A stretch of DNA of 24,000 nucleotides from Collinsella sp. (GTDB lineage Bacteria > Actinomycetota > Coriobacteriia > Coriobacteriales > Coriobacteriaceae), in NCBI GenBank assembly GCA_036304065.1, contig JAXIZI010000035.1:7626-31625 (forward strand), written 5' to 3'. Made by a program: the position numbers and the translations under genes. Below the pieces are notes generated by a model. The model was not told where the DNA came from and ran no database searches. It saw only the letters and a list, made by a program, of their open reading frames with translations. Of the stretch, positions 20,131 to 24,000 are shown piece after piece. The stretch's first letter is position 1. Each line of letters starts with the position of its first letter.

Positions 20131-20661
20131 ATGAATATCGTTGTATTGAGTGGTAGCCCGCGCAAGGGCGCCAATACCGACACCATGGTCGAGGCGTTTG
20201 CCGAGACCGCGCGTGAGGGCGGCAATACGGTCGAGGTCGTCCGTGTTGCCAGCAAGAAAATCGCTGGTTGCCTGGGGTGTCAGTATTGCTTCGCCCATGA
20301 GGGCACTTGCGTGCAGAAGGATGACATGGCCGACGTGATCGAGTCGCTGAAAGGCGCCGATATGGTTGTCTTCGCCTCGCCCATCTACTGGTTTGATATC
20401 ACTGCGCAGGAGAAAGCCGCCATCGACCGCCTGTACGCCTTCGGTGCCACGGGCTTCCCGTTCACCAAGACGGCCCTTTTGCTCGATAGCCACAGCGAGG
20501 GCGTCTATGATGCGGCGATTGCTATGTACAGGGCCACATGCGCGTACTGCAAGTGGGAGGACCAGGGCATTGTCACCATTAGCGGCATGACCGAGCGCGA
20601 CAGCATGGCCTCCTCGCCCAAGTTGGAAGAGGTGCGAGAGCTCGCTCGCAAGCTCGCCTAA
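20131..20661 (+). CDS. Iron-sulfur flavoprotein-like NAD(P)H-dependent FMN reductase
   Basis: The flavodoxin-like N-terminus is MNIVVLSGSPRKGANT. The compact Cys motif is CLGCQYCFAHEGTC (CX2CX2CX6C). SD GAAGGAGGGAG is present. Confidence 0.85.
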   Translation: MNIVVLSGSPRKGANTDTMVEAFAETAREGGNTVEVVRVASKKIAGCLGCQYCFAHEGTCVQKDDMADVIESLKGADMVVFASPIYWFDITAQEKAAIDRLYAFGATGFPFTKTALLLDSHSEGVYDAAIAMYRATCAYCKWEDQGIVTISGMTERDSMASSPKLEEVRELARKLA

Positions 20662-20671
20662 GGACAAGAAG

Positions 20672-20743
20672 AACGCATGGCAATCGGTGTTGGTGGAAAA
20701 TGCTTGCTATCCTTACCAAGAGGAATGCTGATTGCCATGCGTT
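20672..20743. terminator. Long hairpin between convergent genes (14-bp perfect arms, 44-nt spacer)
   Basis: AACGCATGGCAATC (20672-20685) pairs with GATTGCCATGCGTT (20730-20743). On the minus strand it is followed by CTTCTTGTCCTT, so it is a plausible terminator of the ATPase gene. Confidence 0.4.
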
Positions 20744-20770
20744 GATGCTTCCGCGGACAATTCCGGCGTG

Positions 20771-21865
20771 CTAAAACGCCTTCTCGTTCAAGAATTCCCT
20801 GAACGCGGGGATGTCAAAGCCGACGAGACCACGTCCACGTTCCCCGATGACGCCGTCCTCGAGAAGACGGCGTTTATATTGGCTTGCATAGTTGCTGGCA
20901 ACGCCCATGCGTTTGGCTATCTCCGAGACCCTGCTGGGGCCAGAATCGGGCAGCATCGCGAGCAAAAACTCAATGTCTTTATCGGAAAGCTCCCGATAGG
21001 TCGTTTTGAGAATTCGATCGCGCAGCTCCATGCGGGCAAGCAGAGAACCCTGCTGTACATCAGGTGCACTGATTTTGGGCGAGTTCTCCGAAACATCCCA
21101 TGTGCGATATCCGACGAGCTGCATCATATAGGGAAATCCGTCGACGGCCTTCACGGCATCCTCGAGCGCTTCTGGCGTGATTGAGCGGCCTCCGGCCTCA
21201 ACGGTTTTGCGGAATGCGTTTGCAATTTCGACGTCAGTGATTCGTCCCAACTGATGATATTGGGAACGCCTGAGGAACGAGACGGAATCGTTACGCAGCA
21301 ACGCCGATACTTTGTAGGGCAGTCCTGCCATGAGTAGGGCAACTTTTTTACCTTCGCGTACAAAGTGCTGGTAAACAGAGGCAAATTGAAGCATTTCTTC
21401 GAGATCGACGGTGACTTCATCGATGGTGATGAGAAGTCCGATGTCATGTTTTTCGAGTTGCTTAAAGATGCCATTCATGCGCGTGCGCCAGTTGCCCTGA
21501 GCCTCTTGAGCATATGTCCAATCGATGCCCGCTGGGCCAATTTGAACACCGTTTATGCGCGCGTGAGGCTGTGAGAGGTAGCTATCTGCGGCTTCTTTGG
21601 TTCGCTCGATAATATCTTCGAGCATGCCTGGCATGGCGGAGACATTTGCTGCGATCCAGCCGTGTTCAAGCGCCGTTTCTGAAAGGAGCGAGAGAAGCGC
21701 CGTCTTGCCCGTTCCCCTTGCGCCAGTAAAAATGGTTGACAGGTTGGGATCTCCCGGGCCGTTGATAAAGCCACGGTTGATGTCACGCAGGATATGCTCG
21801 CGACCCGCTAGAAAGGGAGGGACGCTTCCGAACGTCGGGGTAAAGGGGTTCTTGCTGTACTTCAT
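20771..21865 (-). CDS. Orphan AAA+ ATPase with a C-terminal winged-helix domain (ORC/Cdc6-like or Arch_ATPase-like)
   Basis: The start is at the internal ATG (MKYSKNPFTPTFG) after AAAGGAGCTACC. Walker A is GARGTGKT and Walker B is LLITIDEV. The C-terminal wHTH reads VSEIAKRMGVASNYASQYKRRLLEDGVI. Confidence 0.8.
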   Translation of the reverse strand: MKYSKNPFTPTFGSVPPFLAGREHILRDINRGFINGPGDPNLSTIFTGARGTGKTALLSLLSETALEHGWIAANVSAMPGMLEDIIERTKEAADSYLSQPHARINGVQIGPAGIDWTYAQEAQGNWRTRMNGIFKQLEKHDIGLLITIDEVTVDLEEMLQFASVYQHFVREGKKVALLMAGLPYKVSALLRNDSVSFLRRSQYHQLGRITDVEIANAFRKTVEAGGRSITPEALEDAVKAVDGFPYMMQLVGYRTWDVSENSPKISAPDVQQGSLLARMELRDRILKTTYRELSDKDIEFLLAMLPDSGPSRVSEIAKRMGVASNYASQYKRRLLEDGVIGERGRGLVGFDIPAFREFLNEKAF

Positions 21866-21874
21866 GGTAGCTCC

Positions 21875-21911
21875 TTTGCAAGTTTTGCTAACTTTTGCAA
21901 GTTTTGCTAAC
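21875..21911. repeat. Two tandem copies of an 18-nt word (period 19) abutting the ATPase SD
   Basis: On the minus strand, GTTAGCAAAACTTGCAAA appears at 21894-21911 and again at 21875-21892. The second copy runs directly into GGAGCTACC-ATG. Confidence 0.9.
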
Positions 21912-22005
21912 GACTGACCAAAGGGCATCGAAGCAGTGACGCTGACATTTTTTACGCAGAAAAATAAGCAGAAATCAATTTATCTGCGTTAAAAAATAGT
22001 TGAGA

Positions 22006-22056
22006 AGAAAAACGACGAGTCCCGGGCGCAATGCCGTTGCGTTCCGGGCCTCGTCG
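22006..22056 (-). terminator. Rho-independent terminator of the topoisomerase gene
   Basis: The minus strand reads CGACGAGGCCCGG...CCGGGACTCGTCG (13-bp stem, one mismatch) followed by TTTTTCTTCTC. It lies 38 nt after the stop. Confidence 0.6.
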
Positions 22057-22093
22057 CTTTGCGAAGTATCTAACGATCTCGTTGCCGTGGTAC

Positions 22094-24000
22094 CTAGTCA
22101 AACAGACTCGGCATGTCGTTTTCCTTCATAAGGGCGCCAGCGGAGGGCAGGCTCTGCGCGGTGAACTTCTCGGCCGAGACGCCGGCGCCAAGAATCTCCT
22201 CGGTCGTGCCGACGGTGGTGACCGAGCGGCCCTTCTTGGCCGTAAAGGCCTGGACGCCCTGCGTGTTGGTGGTCGTCTTGGTCTTGAGCAGCGACGTGTT
22301 GAAGTTCATCAAACGATAGTCGCTCGAGACCAGCGCGATGTCGCGATCTTCCTTGAGCACCTGAGCATACAGCAGCTTGCTGCCGCCGTAGATGGCGTTC
22401 TTGAGGCGCTTGCGGTTGGTTTTGGTGACGTATCCGGAAAGCGCGACGCGCACCACGCGGCCGTTCTCAAAGACAAACAGCACGTCGGCCTTGTAGTCCT
22501 CGGGGTCGATGACCCAGATGACGCTCTCGTCGGGTTCCATCTCGAGGTCGGTGGGCAGGTACGAGCCCAGCTGGGCCGACTTGGTGTCCTCAAACGTCGC
22601 AACCTTGCACTTATACACCTGACTCTTGTTGGTAAAGACCAGCAGCTCGTGGGTGTTGGAGGACGGAAACTCGATAAAGGGCTTGTCACCGTCTTTGTAC
22701 TTGAGCGTGGTGGCCTTCTTGAGCACTCGGTCGGTCATCTTTTTGAGGTAGCCATCGCGCGAGAGCATGATGGTGACCGGGTACTCCTCGACCTCGGGCT
22801 CCAGGCTCACCTCGATGACCTCATGGGGCTCAATTCTGCCCGTGCGGCGCGGCATCACATACTTCTTGTTGACCGCTGCCAGCTCGTCGCTGATGACCTT
22901 CTTGATGTTCTCCTCGCTGGAGAGGATCTCCTCAAGCTCGGCGATCTCACCCTCGAGCTTGGCGATGTCCTTGGTGCGGTTGAGGATGTACTCCTCGTTG
23001 ATGTTGCGGAGCTTAAGTTCGGCAACAAACTCGGCCTGGGTCTCATCGATGTCGAAACCCTTCATAAGGTTTGGCACGACCTCGGCCTCGAGCTTGGTGC
23101 CGCGGATGATGACGATGGCCTTGTCGATGTCGAGCAGGATCGCCTCAAGGCCGTGCAGCAGGTGCAGGCGCTCGGACTTTTTGCCCAGGTCAAAGTTAAT
23201 GCGGCGACGCGTGGACTCAATACGCCACTTGACCCACTCGTGCAGAATCTGGCGCACGCCCATAACGCGGGGATAGCCGTCGACCAGCACGTTAAAGTTG
23301 CACGAGAACGAATCCTGCAGCGTGGTCGAGCGATAGAGCTTGGCCATGAGCTTGTCGGGGTCAACACCGCGCTTAAGGTCGATGGCGATGCGCAGACCCG
23401 ACAGGTCGGTCTCGTCACGGATGTCAGCGATCTCCTTGACCTTGCCCTCTTTGGAAAGCTTGACGATGCGCTCGATGATGACATCGGTCTTGGTGGTGTA
23501 GGGGATTTCGTAGACCTCGATGATGCGCTCTTCGGGAATCCAGCGCCAGCGGGAGCGGATTTGGAAGCTGCCAAGGCCGGTCTCGATAATCTTTTCCATC
23601 TCCTCGCGGCGGTAGATGATCTCGCCGCCGGTCGAGAAGTCGGGCATGGGCATGTACTCGAGCAGGTCGCAATCGGGATCCTTGAGGTAGTGCATCGTTG
23701 CGGTACAGACCTCGTTGAGGTTGAAGCCGCAGATATCGGACGCCATGGCGACGCCGATGCCCTTATTGGCCGAGACGAGGATGTTGGGGAACGTGGTGGG
23801 CAGCAGGCGCGGCTCCTTCATGGCGCCGTCGTAGCTGTCGACAAAGTCGACCGGGTCCTTGTCAATGTCCTTGAAGATCTCGGCGCTGATGGGGGAGAGC
23901 TTGGCCTCGGTGTAACGCGAGGCGGCGTAGCTCAGGTCGCCCGAATAGTATTTGCCAAAGTTGCCCTTCGACTCCACGAAGGGGGCAAGCAGCGCTTCGT
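22094..24000 (-). CDS. Type IIA topoisomerase subunit A (ParC/GyrA family); the 5' end is outside the window
   Basis: Contains GNFGKYYSGDLSYAASRYTEAKL (the family catalytic-Tyr RYTE motif), then the tower/coiled-coil region and C-terminal beta-pinwheel-like repeats. The reading frame stays open to position 24000; the track M at 23977 is an internal GTG. Confidence 0.9.
   Translation of the reverse strand, partial: EALLAPFVESKGNFGKYYSGDLSYAASRYTEAKLSPISAEIFKDIDKDPVDFVDSYDGAMKEPRLLPTTFPNILVSANKGIGVAMASDICGFNLNEVCTATMHYLKDPDCDLLEYMPMPDFSTGGEIIYRREEMEKIIETGLGSFQIRSRWRWIPEERIIEVYEIPYTTKTDVIIERIVKLSKEGKVKEIADIRDETDLSGLRIAIDLKRGVDPDKLMAKLYRSTTLQDSFSCNFNVLVDGYPRVMGVRQILHEWVKWRIESTRRRINFDLGKKSERLHLLHGLEAILLDIDKAIVIIRGTKLEAEVVPNLMKGFDIDETQAEFVAELKLRNINEEYILNRTKDIAKLEGEIAELEEILSSEENIKKVISDELAAVNKKYVMPRRTGRIEPHEVIEVSLEPEVEEYPVTIMLSRDGYLKKMTDRVLKKATTLKYKDGDKPFIEFPSSNTHELLVFTNKSQVYKCKVATFEDTKSAQLGSYLPTDLEMEPDESVIWVIDPEDYKADVLFVFENGRVVRVALSGYVTKTNRKRLKNAIYGGSKLLYAQVLKEDRDIALVSSDYRLMNFNTSLLKTKTTTNTQGVQAFTAKKGRSVTTVGTTEEILGAGVSAEKFTAQSLPSAGALMKENDMPSLFD

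Noticed and set aside
18239-20667. Minus-strand ORFs 18239..18979, 19006..19698 and 20080..20667
   Set aside because: They are antisense to three plus-strand genes with clear family motifs (CMD-cupin, hydrolase, flavoprotein). Their translations are R/H/G-rich without motifs.
21948-21996. The AT-rich inverted repeat as a bidirectional terminator between the topoisomerase and ATPase genes
   Set aside because: The T-run precedes and the A-run follows the stem on both strands, so they simply extend the hairpin rather than providing a 3' U-tail. A proper terminator for the topoisomerase gene exists at 22006-22056. The repeat is kept only as a possible regulatory site.

Overview
The window has two parts that differ clearly in composition.

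**Part 1 (about 1-16020).** This part is very GC-rich by eye, and every credible gene is on the minus strand. It is a segment of a conjugative element (ICE-like).
- It carries a Gram-positive-type type IV secretion module: VirB4-like ATPase, VirD4/TraG-like coupling protein, PrgI-like, Maff2-like and VirB6/TrbL-like membrane proteins, and a bifunctional glucosaminidase + NlpC/P60 cell-wall hydrolase.
- It carries a 913-aa wall-anchored adhesin (thioester domain, then Cna-B-like domains, then VaFE repeats) with its own class B sortase.
- It carries a phage-like replication module (wHTH replisome-organizer-like protein + DnaC/IstB-like AAA+ loader) and two small excisionase-family HTH proteins.
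- No relaxase or integrase lies in the window; the element runs off the left edge.

**Part 2 (16020-24000).** This part has visibly lower GC.
- About 450 nt with a promoter and a terminator but no credible ORF.
- A DUF2992/YjdF-family gene with a structured leader.
- A 3' remnant of a DUF4143-type ATPase gene.
- A MerR regulator divergent from an operon encoding a CMD-cupin fusion, a Cys-type alpha/beta hydrolase and an Isf-like flavoprotein.
- An orphan AAA+/wHTH ATPase.
- The 3' two-thirds of a type IIA topoisomerase A-subunit gene, which runs off the right edge.

**Most interesting signals, all DNA- or RNA-level:**
1. An identical 15-bp perfect palindrome sits in the same reading frame in three unrelated ICE genes.
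2. The orphan 450-nt promoter-to-terminator unit lies exactly at the compositional boundary.
3. Iteron-like repeats with 33-bp periodicity lie inside the 3' end of the organizer-like gene, next to the helicase-loader gene.
4. A tandem 10-bp motif is shared by two ICE intergenic regions.
5. A perfect 48-bp in-frame tandem duplication lies in the coupling-protein gene.

**Limits.** Family assignments rest on motifs I recognise by eye; no searches were run. Where possible, motif coordinates were cross-checked against ORF-track frames. The ORF track shows GTG and TTG starts as M.
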